64,000 nt of DNA from the human T2T-CHM13v2.0 reference genome, Homo sapiens: NCBI RefSeq assembly GCF_009914755.1, contig NC_060926.1, one strand, 5' to 3'. Numbering within the stretch: position 1 is the stretch's first letter; each line of letters starts with the position of its first letter. The notes under the pieces are model-generated. The model was given only the letters and a program-made list of their open reading frames with translations, had not been told where the DNA came from and did not search any database. This document shows, one piece after another, positions 50,312 to 64,000 of the stretch. Position numbers and translations under genes: made by a program.

Positions 50312-52129
50312 GCCCTGATCATTTGTACTTATTCTTGCCATCCTTACTGGACTGTGAGCTCTTACAGGGTCAAGATCATAGGATCATGTTTTCTTTGTCT
50401 TCATCTTCTCAGCATCCGACAGTCCCTGGGCACATAGCACTGAGTGTGCTGTCTGTATAGGATCACTGCCCTTTTGCTGGTGTTATCTTCAGATCATTCT
50501 TTATGATTATCATCAAATTATTAAAAGGTAGCTTTTTAGGAACTTACATTTTAGGTAAAATGTACTTTTCCCCTATTACATTAGTCTCATTGAATTTTAA
50601 TCATTATTTTTAGTTATCTTGATCCAGCTTTGAAGAGTAATCATTTCTGTTCTTTAAATTTGTATACCACTTTACTATCACAAAACTCTTTCACAAAGAG
50701 TATTTTTTATGCTCATCCCAACAATTCCATGTGGTAGGCAGGACAGATTTGTACTGTTTTGGTTTTAGGTTGTTTTGTTTTCTGTTTTGGGTTGTTTTGT
50801 TTTGTTTTAGCATTTTAAGAGAAGGAAAGGCTCAGGGGAGGCTGAGAAAAGTTAAACTCTTGCTCAGAGTGTCATAGCTAGTAAATAGGAAAGTGGGATC
50901 TGAACTTGTGTCTTTTTATTTCAAATTCAGTTTTCTTTACTGTACCACACCAGTCACTACCATCTTAGCTGAGACACTTGCCTTTTTTGGGTGAAGACAG
51001 CATGTCATCAGCATAATGTCAGCACTCTGTAACCTTTATTTCCTGCATGGCCATACCCTGCTTTTGGGACTGAGAGCCGGCTACGACGTATACCTGTAAT
51101 AGGAATAAAGATAGAACGTTAATTTCCTTGTAGGTTTCTTGGTTCCTTTACAACTTTTTAAATTTAGCTTGAATTTAGTTTTGTTATGAATTAATTATTC
51201 CATTGTTTGTTCACTTGTTCATTTTTAAAAATCTATTAAGCAAATGATTATTGAACATCTCCTTTGTACATCTCAGGCTTAGAATAAGATTGGGACTGAG
51301 CCATCACATTATTCACAGTTAGTGAGGGAAACAGATAAGAAATTAATTGTTATAATAGTTAAGACAAAAGTACAGACTTCATCGTGAAATATTTGGACCA
51401 AACGTAAGAATCAAACATTAATGCTGCTGACAGATTGGGAGTACAATAGTGTATATGGGAAGCCAGGCTGGGGGGCTGATGCAGGAAATGATAACCAAAT
51501 TGTTCTCTGTCCTGAGCCAGGTTGAAGGACACATTGAAATAGCCAGGAGTGTTTTGTAGCCTGTTCAGTGCAGGCCTAGGTTGGATTATCAGAACAATGG
51601 ACTGACCCTTCCCCAAATTTAATTTAAAACATTTAAATCAGATTTTCTACAAAGTTTTCTATTAAAAATTAATAAAAAATTTAAAATAACACAAATATCT
51701 ATATGTAGAGAGAGATGATTGTGTTTAAATTCATTATTAACATCTGTAATGAGGATGATTTATGGTCACTACAATAAATGCTTTATTCAGAGATGTTTTT
51801 GGTCTTGTTCGTGGCTGTGTCTGGCCCAGAATAGGTACTCAATACATCTTTATTGGATTTTAATACATTTAAAGGGATTTAAAAATTAAATATAGATAGA
51901 TGGCAATGATTGAGTTTGCCACAGAAGTGTTTTTAATATATTCATATGGTTCTGACCTAAGTATCCTATTTTTAAAAATTATAAACTAAGCATTTTTCAA
52001 ATAGACAAAGAAGCTGATGAATATTTGTATTATTACAAGTTAAATGTGGATTGTTATATAATTATAGAATGTTAAGAATGGAAGAGCTTTACAGATTATC
52101 TAGTCCCACCCTAAAATTAATGTAAATAG

Positions 52130-52680
52130 TTAGATAATATTTTTATATGACTCAAAAATGTTTAAAAAGATATACATTGAAAAAAATCTCACTCCCATCC
52201 CATGTCTTTCTACTCCATTCCCTTTCCGGTTCTCTATAGACAGTCACTTTTATTAGTTTCTTATGTATCTTTCCAGGATTTCTTTATGCAAATGCGAGTA
52301 TATGTTCTCATTTATTCTCTTCCTTCCACAGAAGGTGGCATACTATATACACTACTCTGCATCTCAGTGTTTTTACTTAACAATGCATCTTGGCAATCTT
52401 TTCATACCACTACGTAGCTCCCTCTTCTTTTTTTTTTTTTTTTCACAATGCCTATTAGTCTGTTATGTGTTGTATCATAGCTTCTTAAATCACCCTTTGT
52501 AGGGGAATGATTTATGATAGCCAGTCTTTGGCTATCATAAACAGTGCTGCAAGTGAATAACCTTGTAAATGCATTGTTTCCTCTGTATGCTGATATTATT
52601 TATAGGACCAGTTCCCAGTGGTAGGATTGCCAGGTCAACGGAAATGCATTTGTAATTTTGATGGCAAATTTCCTCCATAG
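52130..52680 (-). mobile_element. L1ME-like 3' fragment nested in a MIR
   Basis: aacagtgctgcaagtgaataaccttgta and gtaggattgc motifs. The MIR resumes at cattttataggtgaggaaactgagg. Confidence 0.65.
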
Positions 52681-52819
52681 CAGTCCCGTCATTTTATAGG
52701 TGAGGAAACTGAGGCATTGGTAGTTAAGTCAACCACTGGGAGTGGCAAAGCCAGGACATATATCCAGGAGGCATTTCTAGACCAAGTCTGGGTCAGGTGC
52801 CTTTCCTCCATGCCCCTAC

Positions 52820-53015
52820 ACTAGCCTATACCTTCCCTGGCAGAGCCTTCATCATAGGTTTTGTAACTGTTGGCTTACTTTCCTGTCTTTCTTCTACACT
52901 ATAAGTTCTCTGAGTGAGGGCAGGGCCCATGTCTACATGCTCACCATTGTAGGTCTAATACCTAGCACAGGGGCTAGTACAGAGTTGGTGCTTGATAAAT
53001 ATTTGTTGAATAAAT
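52820..53015 (+). mobile_element. L2 3' end
   Basis: tacctagcacag...ataaatatttgttgaataaatg. Confidence 0.75.
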
Positions 53016-56000
53016 GGAGACAAGCGAAGCCTTCTATTCATAGTCCAGTACTCATTATATTCCATCTCACACCTTTACACTCAACGTAAAAAAACAAACA
53101 AACAAAAACATACCAGCCAGACAAATAAATGTAGGATATGGAGAGATATCTATTTAGAGCTGTTCATGTGAAAAAGATTTGGGGTATTTAGGGTTCTTAT
53201 GAAAAGATTTGGTACTCAGCTGTCCAAAAATCTCATGTAAAACAAGGTTTCATTAATGGAAATGCTGTTTCAAGAACAAAGGACGTAATAATTCCGACAG
53301 CTGTCTCTGAGGTTTTAAGTAGTATAATCCTGGGTGTTGCATCCTAAGAGGCTTGGAGGTGAAGAAGAGAACCAACAATGGAAGGTGATCAGGCTTGTGA
53401 GCAATCTGAATTTCTACCAAGTACTCTCTGTAGTCCAAAATAGACATTAGTGGCCTCTCTTTATAGATGAGAAATCTGAGGACCAGGGAACTTAAATATT
53501 TCTAAGAGTCAAACATTAAGTAGTTGAATTTGGATTCAAATCTGGATTAGCTTCAAACCATAGTCTGTTCTCTTACTCCCTGTACTCGTTGTCTTTCCCT
53601 ACATTGTTCACAATGGGAAAGGGACTCTTAATAGGTCTGGCCAGGCTCCTGTTGGTTCAGGGCTAGATTGGTTTGAATCTAGTAGTCCTCACAACCGAGT
53701 GAGCAGGATAGATGGGGCCTAACAGGAAAGTCTTCAGACAAAGCAAAGTTTGAATGGCTGACATCTGTCTAAAATGCCATTGTTTTGAAAAGTGAATTGT
53801 GCACGAGTTGTGCAAAGCTTGGAAACCTATTGTCATACATTTAGACCCTCATTTAGAAATAGGAAAGTTACAACAATTTTAGGTATTGTTGATCAGCAAA
53901 AAAAAAAAACCATATTAAGCTATGGTGGAGAAAATAAAGGACAGCTTTCTCATCTTAGCGGGAGTGAGGTCGAGGGAAGGTACAGAAAGAATATGAGATG
54001 TCCTAGGCTTTGGTGTGAGCATGGGGTTGAAGCAAATAATTACCAAATCCTTTCACTTCGATTGTCACTAAACCAGCTCTCCAGTGCTCTTCATAACCAT
54101 TTCCATATATCTGTGGTTTACATAGTTGCCATTTTTTCAGTAGTATAGAACATTCCATTATGTTAACATGTCATAGTTTTGTCAGCCATTCTCATACTAT
54201 TAGCTGTTTAAATTCTTCTTCCTTTCCTCTCTTCTTACCCTCCCCCACTCCCTTCCTTCTTCCCTTCCTCCCTCACTCCTTCATTTTCTCTTTTATTTTT
54301 TAATAGGGCTGCTGAGAACATCTTGCACTAATTTCTTTCTTCCTTTGGATTATTTCTTTGAACTAATTCCCCAGAGTAGAATTATTGGGTCAAAGGATAA
54401 GGAGAGCTTGTTACATATTTTAGGTTGCATTCAGGAAAGATTAGACCAACTTACAGGATTCCCAACAATATGAAAATGTATCTCCATGCTTAATCAAGAC
54501 TCTGTTTTCTGTGGGTTGGGATAGGCCAAAAACTCTGCCTTGGAAAATAAACCAGTCTGTTAAGTAGGATGGTCAACCTAGGAAGGTGACAGTACTGGAT
54601 AATGGCAAGGGGTTCAAGCTGGCAGAAAGAGAGATGGGTAATTGACTGAGGACATGAATAAGAGCCATGGGGAACCATAGCTGTAGGGAAACCGTGATGC
54701 CTGCCAGCAAAGGACCTGGGGACAGGAAAATAAAATGCAGATTCATTTACCAGAGTATGTAGAAAGTGAGTTCTTGACCATAAGTAACCATACAGGACCC
54801 TGGAAATATAACCAGTACCAAAATCTAGGACTAGCTGGAAGGTGGGTGGGCATGTGGGACTAGGAAGCAGAGCTTTGTGTACTCTAACCCTGGCCTAATT
54901 GCATTTTTATCATTTTTATTTATTTTTGCTAAGTTAGTAGTTATATAATGATACCTTAAAATGATCTTTAATTACCTTTATCAAGTTGTACATTTTTTCC
55001 AGGTTCATCTCTTTGGACCACTTTTTCAAGTAAATCTGGTTATTGACTCTTTTTAATTATATGCAGTGGATGATAACCTTATATCACTTACATTTGTTAC
55101 ATTGAGCTCTTCTGTGCGCTCTGTCCTTTTGATATTTTGTATTATATTTGCTATATTTTTGAGTATAGAAATTTTCTTTTTTTATATTTGAAAATGTCTG
55201 TGATAATATTCTACTTTTTTGGCAGTTATAAAGTTCTCTCTCTTCCACAGTTGGAGTGAATATGCTATTCTGTTTTCTTCTACATATATTTTCACTCTCT
55301 AGCCTGCACGTATGGTGTGAGCTTAAGGCTCTAACTTACTCGTTGTCTTACTGTTTACTCTCCAGTTGCTCACTAGCACTTTCCCCTCTGTAATCGGATT
55401 GCTTCTGGCTTGTCGTGTCCACCCTTTCATCTTTATTTCTGAATTCTATTTTGGGTTTTTTCTATTCCAACTAATACCATATCTTCTTTTAAAATAATTC
55501 TTCTTTTGTAACATTTTAAAATTTCGTAGTTTGAAACCACTATCATAACTTTGGTGTTTTTCCTTTGGCATTTTGCCTACTTTTCCAACACATGTTTTAG
55601 TACCAATATCAAGTTCTGTAAAATCAGTGTTTTATTAAATCTACATAATAATTTAGGGAATGTTGTCATCTTTACTATATTTAGTTTTCCCAGCATGGAG
55701 CAAATAATATTTCTTCATTTATCTGTCTGTCTTTAATTCTGCTGTCAGACTTTATGTCATCTTTGAATAAGTCTCTAATTTTCTGATTTAAATTAATACC
55801 CATTTATTGAATTTTTGTCAGAATTATAAATGGGGTCTTTTCTACTGTGTTTTCTGGCTACGGCCCATAGTATATAGGCTTGTAGTAGTTTTAGATGGAT
55901 TTTTATCCTGCAACTTTGCTGAAGCCATTTAGCTAACACTAGTTATTTTAAGTTGATTTTATTGAGTTCTGTAATCATATAACTTTATAACTTGATGATA

Positions 56001-57685
56001 TAGAGCTATGACATATATCAAATGTATTTTTTCCTTTTTCCCCATGTTTATATTTTTAATTCTTGTTCCTCTCCAATATCTAATTGCCTATTCAGTCAAG
56101 TAGCTACCCTTGCTTCCCTATGAACTAGGAAATAAAGGAATCAGCTTACTCCATGAAAGTCGCAGCCAGCACATAAATGGATTAAGGTGTAAACGTGATA
56201 TTCTCTTTGGGAGATGAAATGGATCCCAAGTGAGCAATATTGGACTTGTTGGAATGTGTTCACATATGTGAAGAAAGAATGTATCAAACCAAAGCTAGGG
56301 AAAGAATAAGAAAAAATAATGTTAGAGAATTTGGCAGTAACTATTCCAGCATTATCCAAAATAAAGGATGGTTTCGCCAGTGAATTTTGAATAATGTGAA
56401 AGTGGAGGTAAATGCAGAAGGATGAATGTAGATCACAGACTTTAAACTGTCTTGGTATTCCCTTTGGATATACTAACAAGGTTAGGATCTCAGACTCTAT
56501 TAAAAGGCAGTTCCTCTAACTCCCCTTGTTTTGATCTCTTGTTCACTCAGAAACCCACATAAGCCTTTCTCATAGGAAGATAATACACTGATCTTAGGGG
56601 TTTGGAGTATTCATTCCATCCTTGTGACTGTGATTTATTATTACAAAGTAATAAATTGACTTCTTACAGGGAAAGAATGCAGTAACCATACGAACATAGA
56701 GAATTTTAGTACCAAATTAATTTTGATAGTAAACTAATGAGTTAGCATTCTGGCTGTATAATGCCACCTTCCCTTGAGCCATGGCTGTGCAATTGGTATG
56801 CAGACAGAATTGAGTTTCTGTGCCCAGAAGGCCAAACTCTGTCCACCAAGAACATAAACTGCACACCCCGAGGCCTCTTGGGGAGAACCTGACAACCTGG
56901 TTGTAGTGTGTTTGCTTTGCCAAAGGGCTCAGAATGGGTGTTGCAGTTTTCTATAAGCACTTGTTGCATTAACGATATGATTTCTATACTGTCCCTCTTT
57001 GCGTGATGAATTATATTGTTTTCCTTGTGTCTAGTTATGCAGTACAAGAACAAAACTCTGCTTGTTCATAGGAAAATTATTTTAATGTGATCTTTTTTTC
57101 TATTTACTAGAGTTTTTATTTAGTTATTATAGCCATACTCATAAAAAATCATTGTGCATATCTTGTCTGTTTTTGGAAAATAAGACTATATTTGCCTTAT
57201 GAGGTAGATTGAAAAGCATAACATTCTTACCTATTTTTGGAAAGTTCCAAAACATTCTCCAACAAACTCATTGGCTATAGGCATCTTTGAAAACAGTAAT
57301 CCTAATAACATTTCACTCTGTTGTTGTAAGTTGTCCATTCAGGTTTGCTATTTCCCGATACCTCTCTTTTATCCTCTTGTGGTCTTGAATTTTTATCTAT
57401 TTACATTTAACTACCAAATTTACTAGCATATAATCAGGATTTATAATGCCCTAATTAAAAAAAAATTTCTAACGTATAGTCTTGATTTAATGTGAATTTT
57501 TCTGTCTTTTGTGTTGCTGCATGTACTTAGCTTATTTTTACTTTTGCTCTTCATTTTGTTTTTTGTCTTTTCTAATTTTGGTTTGATATTGATTATTTTC
57601 TCTTTTTCTAAATTATTTTAGATAGATTTTTAATTGTTTTGATTTTTTCTTTAAGAGGCCTGAGTTTTCTTAAGATGGCTGCCTT

Positions 57686-58028
<343 letters not shown>

Positions 58029-60817
58029 CTAGTTGAAAAACTATGCTTTTGTGTATATGTGTATGCCCGTTCCTGCCGTTGTGAGCAGATTCTTTTGTGT
58101 ATCGCCTTCTAATCTCCAAACTCAATAAATGATTTCAGTACATGTAACTATTCAAATAATAATATCAGGAAGCACAAACAAGAGACACTGGAAAGGAGAC
58201 CATGACTAGAAGAGAGAAGTTGCTACTTGTTGAGATTTTGTGCCTGCAGAAGCATAACGACTAGAAAGCTCGATGCCAAATGAAGGGGCAAGTGTGGGCT
58301 GTTGGTCCATGAGGCGTAACACTGAATTCAAAGTCAAGGGCATGTATGTGGGCCTGGCCAGGAGCGAGTAGGTTCTAAGGGGGCAGCTGTTGTGGAGGTA
58401 CTCATTCATCATGGTCAGGAGGAAGAAATTGGTTTTGTACAGACAGGCAAGGATTTGACAACAGAGTTTACATACAGAGAAGGCAACAGATAGGTATCAT
58501 TTCCAGGGAAGCAGGCAAAGCCCAGTGTCCACAGATAGCAGGGAACAGGTGGGTCAGATAGTCCCAAGATGATCTGGGATAACAGTGCCAATAATGGTGG
58601 CTACTATTACTGATACAGCAGTTTTATAACTTCTCATTTTATAGTTGAGGAAATAGACTCATCCAGGTTTTAAATAACTTATCCAGCCAGGTTGACATAG
58701 CCAGTAAGCGATGAAGCTATGATTCTCACTAGTCTGTCTAACTCCAAAGTCTGTGATCTTTCTACTCTACCATATTGCCTGGTATCTAGCATGCATGGAC
58801 TCATTCACACATGATTCAAACAGCTGACACAACAGGGTTATGGCTGCCGAACCTATGACAGAGTTTGTCTTTTTTTAGATCTGGTTTTACCATATTTGGT
58901 GTGTGTTAACAAGAATGGGCAGGTATATGTTGGCATGTGAAGTGAGACACAGGGCCTCCCAAATTCTTGTCACTGAGATGATGATAATTTTAATGCTCCT
59001 CTGCCTAGTTCTCTGCACCCATGTAAGTTATGGAGCAGAGTGAGGGCTGAGATAGAGTCTGTCTTTCCAAGCTGTGAATTACAGGGCCTCACCTGTGGTT
59101 GTCCTATCCCCAGTCCATGTGGGGAACCTGCAGACCTCCTAACATGCCCCATATAGTAAGCCATACAGTTGTGTTGATTTTTATCTCACCCTCTTAGAAT
59201 TTCTACTGTTTGTGCATGTTTTATGATGTTCATAATGTATTAGTACATAGGTTCATCTATATAGCTTATAAATAAATACATATAAACATATTGATAGGAA
59301 GCTCACACATTTTTTTATTGCTCTAAGGCAATAGACCCCAAACCTGGATGGGCAGTTCAATCCCTTGTAAGTTAAAAAATCATATTTCCTTGACTTACCC
59401 ACACTTACTGAATCATAATCCCCAGGGCAGGGTTCAGGAATGTGTGTTTTTTAACAAATGCTAGAACTTGAACCACTGCAGTAGCTCTCTGTAGTTGCTA
59501 GAAAAAAATCTTGGTATCAATTGTTGTAAATAAACCATTGGAAACAAGATAACTCCTATAGTGTTTTGAAGGCTATTTATGAATTGGCTGACTTGTTTAT
59601 TCGTCATCCCCTGCTGAAAGGTAGGCTCTAAGAGGAGGGCCATTATCTAGCTTGTTCACCAGTTGTTCCTAGAATAGTGCCTGACACGTAGAAGTGCACA
59701 GTGAATATTTTTTGAATAAATAAATGAATAATGAAACGCTTTTTCACTGTGCTTGGGTAATACATGTCCCTTTTTCCCTCAATACCAGAGAAAGAATTGG
59801 TTTCAGCTGTGCCGTTGTAAATTTGAATGATCTGATAAAAATCCTTGGTTATTCCACTGAACCGACTGCAATTTTTTTAATGTCTAAAACATACTTATTC
59901 TCATATTTTGTTACATTTTAATACCATTTAAGAGTAGTAGAATTTGGAAGGTGACATAGAGATCCACTTTTATTTCATTTTCATTTCAAGCCCCTGTGTC
60001 TTTAAGGAAAGGGCTAAGCTACAACTTGGTCATTCTCCAGATCCAAGAGGAAATGGATTGGAGCAGTTGTGCCTTTGTAGAGCAGATGTTTTGGTTGGAA
60101 AGGCTATCAGCCATCTGACTCATAATAAATTCTCAATTCCAGTAAATTCCCAGTTTTCAGTTACAGTAGGTAGGATGCAGGAAAACAGTGTCTTCCACTT
60201 TGGGGTCTTTGAACTTATTTCACATGTTACCACTGTTCCTTGTGCATTACAATGTGCGAACAGACAAAATACTAGGGGAGGTTAGAGCAATTCCAGGAAT
60301 AGACTCAGTCAGTTGGTGTTTTTGAGAGAGACCATTGGAGGTAAACCAAAGCCACTGCCCTCTCTGACACAGTACTAACCACAAGAAACATAACTGCATT
60401 GAGTTTTCTTATAAGTTCCTATGTTAAAATAATGATTTTATATAGGAATCATGTAATAAAATAATGATTTTACAAACTGAATTATGTCAGTTTGAGTAAT
60501 CTATAAACGGCCTATAGTTTTTTGTTTTGTTTTATGAGGAGGGTTTCCTTTATCCTTTTCATAAAATGCTGAAAGTAATTATATGGTCCTGATGTGATAT
60601 CTTTCATTTTAGAGTATTTGTTTTTTGGGAAAATTTACTCAATACTTGAACTTATTGAGTAAAAAAAAAAAAAAATTTACTCAGTAAGCTTCTCAAAGTT
60701 CTAGTAAGGCCTTATAGCCAGTGTTCCAGATGGATGAAGCAGAATTATGAAAGTGATATTCAACGTGTCCTACTTTGTATTGTGAGCTGAGTTGAGAGAA
60801 TTCATTATTTACTTAGT

Positions 60818-60818
<1 letters not shown>

Positions 60819-60861
<43 letters not shown>

Positions 60862-61135
60862 GACAGGTTCTTGATCCTGGCTCAGGCTGGAGTACAGTGG
60901 TGTGATCACATATCACTACAGCCACAATCTCCTGGGTTCAATTGATCCTGCCATCTTAGCCTAGTAGCTGACACTATAGACACATGCCACCATGCTCGGC
61001 TAATTTTTGTATTTTTTGTGGAGATGGGGTTTTGCCATGTTGCCCAGGCTGGCCTCGAACTCCAGGGTTCAATCCATCCTCCCATCTCAGCCTCCCAAAG
61101 TGTTGGGATGACAGGCGTGAGCCACTGCACCTGGC
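60819..61135 (-). mobile_element. AluJ-like element with (TTTTG)n tail
   Basis: Diverged antisense dimer. Confidence 0.88.
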
Positions 61136-61561
61136 ATAAAGTGGTGTCTTATTATCCCCACTCTGTTTTTATCGAGGAGTCAGTTTCTTTTCAACCATCA
61201 CTGAAGTGGGAAGAATAGTGTACTCCTCACAGAGATGAAAAGGTCCCATTGTTTCTCCAGAGAGCAACAGTCCCATTTCTGCTCTTTATGAGAGCTTCTT
61301 AGGTGATCTCTTCTACCAAGTGAGACATTAGAAATTTGGGAGTCAGCAGTTTAGTTGTCCAGAACTCCTAATAGTTCCTAGGTTGGCCTTTGGCTTTTCT
61401 TATCCAACATCAAATTATTCACAGATCGTACTGTTTATCTTTATACTCCTCCTATGTCATTTTTTCTTTCCAGTTTTAGCTAAGTGGTTATCATAAACTC
61501 AATAAACTCATTTTTTTAACCCTTATATTCTGAGGCACATTTGTAAATCTTTAGAATTGCT

Positions 61562-62735
61562 AATTAATTCAAGATGGATTAAAGACTTAAATGTTAGACC
61601 TAAAACCATAAAAACCCTGGAAGAAAACCTAGGCAATACCATTCAGGACATAGGCATGGGCAAGGACTTCATGACTAAAACACCAAAAGCAATGGCAACA
61701 AAAGCCAAAATTGACAAATGGGATCTAATTAAACTGAAGAGCTTCTGCACAGCAAAAGAAACTACCATCAGAGTGAACAGGCAACCTACAGAATGGGAGA
61801 AAATTTTTGCAATCTACTCTTTTGACAAAGGGCTAATATCCAGAATCTACAAAGAACTCAAATTTACAAGAAAAAAACAAACAACCCCATCAAAAAGTGG
61901 GCGAAGGATATGAACAGACACTTCTCAAAAGAAGACATTTATGCAGCCAAAAAACACATGAAAAAATGCTCACCATCACTGGCCATCAGAGAAATGTAAA
62001 TCAAAACCACAATGAGATACCATCTCACGCCAGTTAGAATGGTGATCATTAAAAAGTCAGGAAACAACAGGTGCTGGAGAGGATGTGGAGAAATAGGAAC
62101 ACTTTTACACTGTTGGTGGGACTGTAAACTAGTTCAACCATTGTGGAAGACAGTGTGGCGATTCCTTAGGGATCTAGAACTAGAAATACCATTTGACCCA
62201 GCCATCCCATTACTGGGTATATACCCAAAGGATTATAAATCATGCTTCTATAAAGACACATGCACACGTATGTTTATTGTGGCACTATTCACAATAGCAA
62301 AGACTTGGAACCAACCCAAATGTCCATCAATGATAGACTGGATTAAGAAAATTTGGCACTTATACACCATGGAATACTGTGCAGCCATAAAAAATGATGA
62401 GTTCATGTCCTTTGTAGGGACATGGATGAAGCTGGAAACCGTCCTTCTCAGCAAACTATCACAAGGACAAAAAACCAAACACTGCATGTTGTCACTCATA
62501 GGTGGGAATTGAACAATGAGAACACTTGGACACAGGAAGGGGAACATCACACATCGGGGCCTGTTGTGGGGTGGGGGGATGGGGGAGGGATAGCATTAGG
62601 GGATATACCTAATGTAAATGACGAGTTAATGGGTGCAGCACACCAACATGGCACATGTATACATATGTAACAAACCTGCACATTGTGCGCATGTACCCTA
62701 GAACTTAAAGTATAATAAAACATAATAATAATAAA
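61562..62735 (+). mobile_element. 5'-truncated L1PA (PA4/PA5-like) with disrupted ORF2 C-terminus and 3'UTR
   Basis: ORFs give [24 protein letters not shown]... and [10 protein letters not shown]...[25 protein letters not shown]...IGGN*. There is a frameshift near 61860 and a stop near 61997, then a G-rich 3'UTR and AATAAA. Confidence 0.95.
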
Positions 62736-63824
62736 GTAAATTCAGTTTGTGATGTCAAAAAAAAAAGTATTGCTTTAGCATCTCTTCAATGAGGAAAAAG
62801 GTAGATTAAATAATGTCCCTGGACTTACCCACTGATGAAAACTAGTATGTGAGAGAGTCCTAGTAAGAGGGAAGAGGCAGAAGATACTGACTGTGGTATG
62901 AAGAAGAGAAGGCAGAAATACTTCTCTGAGAACTTGCCTCATTCATCTTTGTCTCTCCCACAATGAAGAGCGTGGTGCCATGGACCTAGGGAGCTACTGG
63001 ATTGCAGTGGGAAAAGCACAGGCCATGAGTTGAAAAACTTAAGTTTTTTTTCTAGTGCTCTGTTTACTAGAGGAAGATCCTGAACATTTTGCTTAATCTC
63101 CTTGAGAAAAGTTCAAATCTTCAAAATAGAAATAATAACAGTATTTATCTTCAAGCGTTGTTGGCGATGTATGTTAAGGTACGATGCATAGCACCCAGAC
63201 AGAAATAAGCCTTATTAAGCAATTTCAGTAAGAAGCATTGCTGACTTAGGTTTGACTACTTTGGGCCTCAAATCTTGACTCCAGGATCCAGTGGAGATTA
63301 TTCCAGGTAGACTTCTTTGACCAAGCATGGTGAGATTCTTTAATTTGGGAAAAATAGTTATATTTGGGGGAATTATACATAATTTATCATGCAACTTAGT
63401 ATAAATATGTACCATAAAACTTGAAAGCATGTGCAATGGGTTTCTAATTTAAAATTCCAGCTCCTGTCTTTTTTTTTTTTTGGTCCTCTTTTAATTCTTT
63501 CCTTTAAAAGAAAATTTCAAACGATCTCAAATTTATAATAGAAATGTAAGAACAATAAAAGCACTTTTAAAAAACCATTTGAGACTAAGTTGCTGGTGTG
63601 ATGGCCTTCACCTCCAAATACTTTAGTATGTATTTCTTAGAAATAAAGGCATTCTCTTACATATTAATAATTGCAATATGGTAAAAAAAAAATCAGGAAA
63701 TTAACATGGCATACTACTACCATCCAATTCTAAGATCCCATTCAAATTTCACTTATATTGTCCCAATGATTTCTTTGTAGCAGAAGAATTCAGTTTAGTT
63801 TTAAATCATTTATCATCATTGTTA

Positions 63825-63932
63825 TTTTTTGTAAGAGATGAGGTGTTGCTGTAGCCCAGGCTGGTCTTGAACTCCTGAGCTCAAGCGCTCCTCCCACCTC
63901 AGCCTCCCCTGGCATGACCTACCATGCCTGGT
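63825..63932 (-). mobile_element. FLAM-like Alu monomer within an old L1MC-like region
   Basis: Single left-arm monomer with flanking duplication agaattcagtttag. Confidence 0.75.
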
Positions 63933-64000
63933 TCAGAATTCAGTTTAGAATCATGTGTGATTTTAGTTGTTTCACTAGTGTGTAATAGTTCCTCAGTTTG

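Noticed and set aside
56140-56480. Purine-rich stretch resembling a processed pseudogene
   Set aside because: The + frames I translated hit stops quickly, and there is no recognisable protein, polyA tail or TSD.
61557-62512. L1 ORF2 ORFs as active genes
   Set aside because: The element is 5'-truncated (no EN/RT core or promoter) and has a frameshift and an internal stop.

Overview
Human (primate) genomic DNA from inside BABAM2 (BRE/BRCC45, a subunit of the BRCA1-A and BRISC complexes), transcribed on the + strand. The only coding sequence I can support is one 75-nt symmetric exon at 3238-3312 ([25 protein letters not shown], about residues 166-190 of BRE from memory, probably exon 6). The rest is the end of the preceding intron and about 60 kb of the following intron. 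It is filled with Alu, L1, L2, MIR, CR1, MaLR LTR and DNA-transposon relics, and the ORF-track ORFs are repeat-derived or chance. The most unusual structures are: (1) two inverted Alus bracketing the exon that also share 51 bp of non-Alu flank in inverted orientation; (2) one endonuclease site reused by three successive Alu-family insertions; (3) a perfect 25-bp hairpin inside an old MER44; (4) an L1PA with an apparent 21-nt 3' transduction; (5) candidate cryptic splice and polyadenylation signals. I see no evidence for a new gene system. Repeat subfamily calls and boundaries are by eye and approximate.
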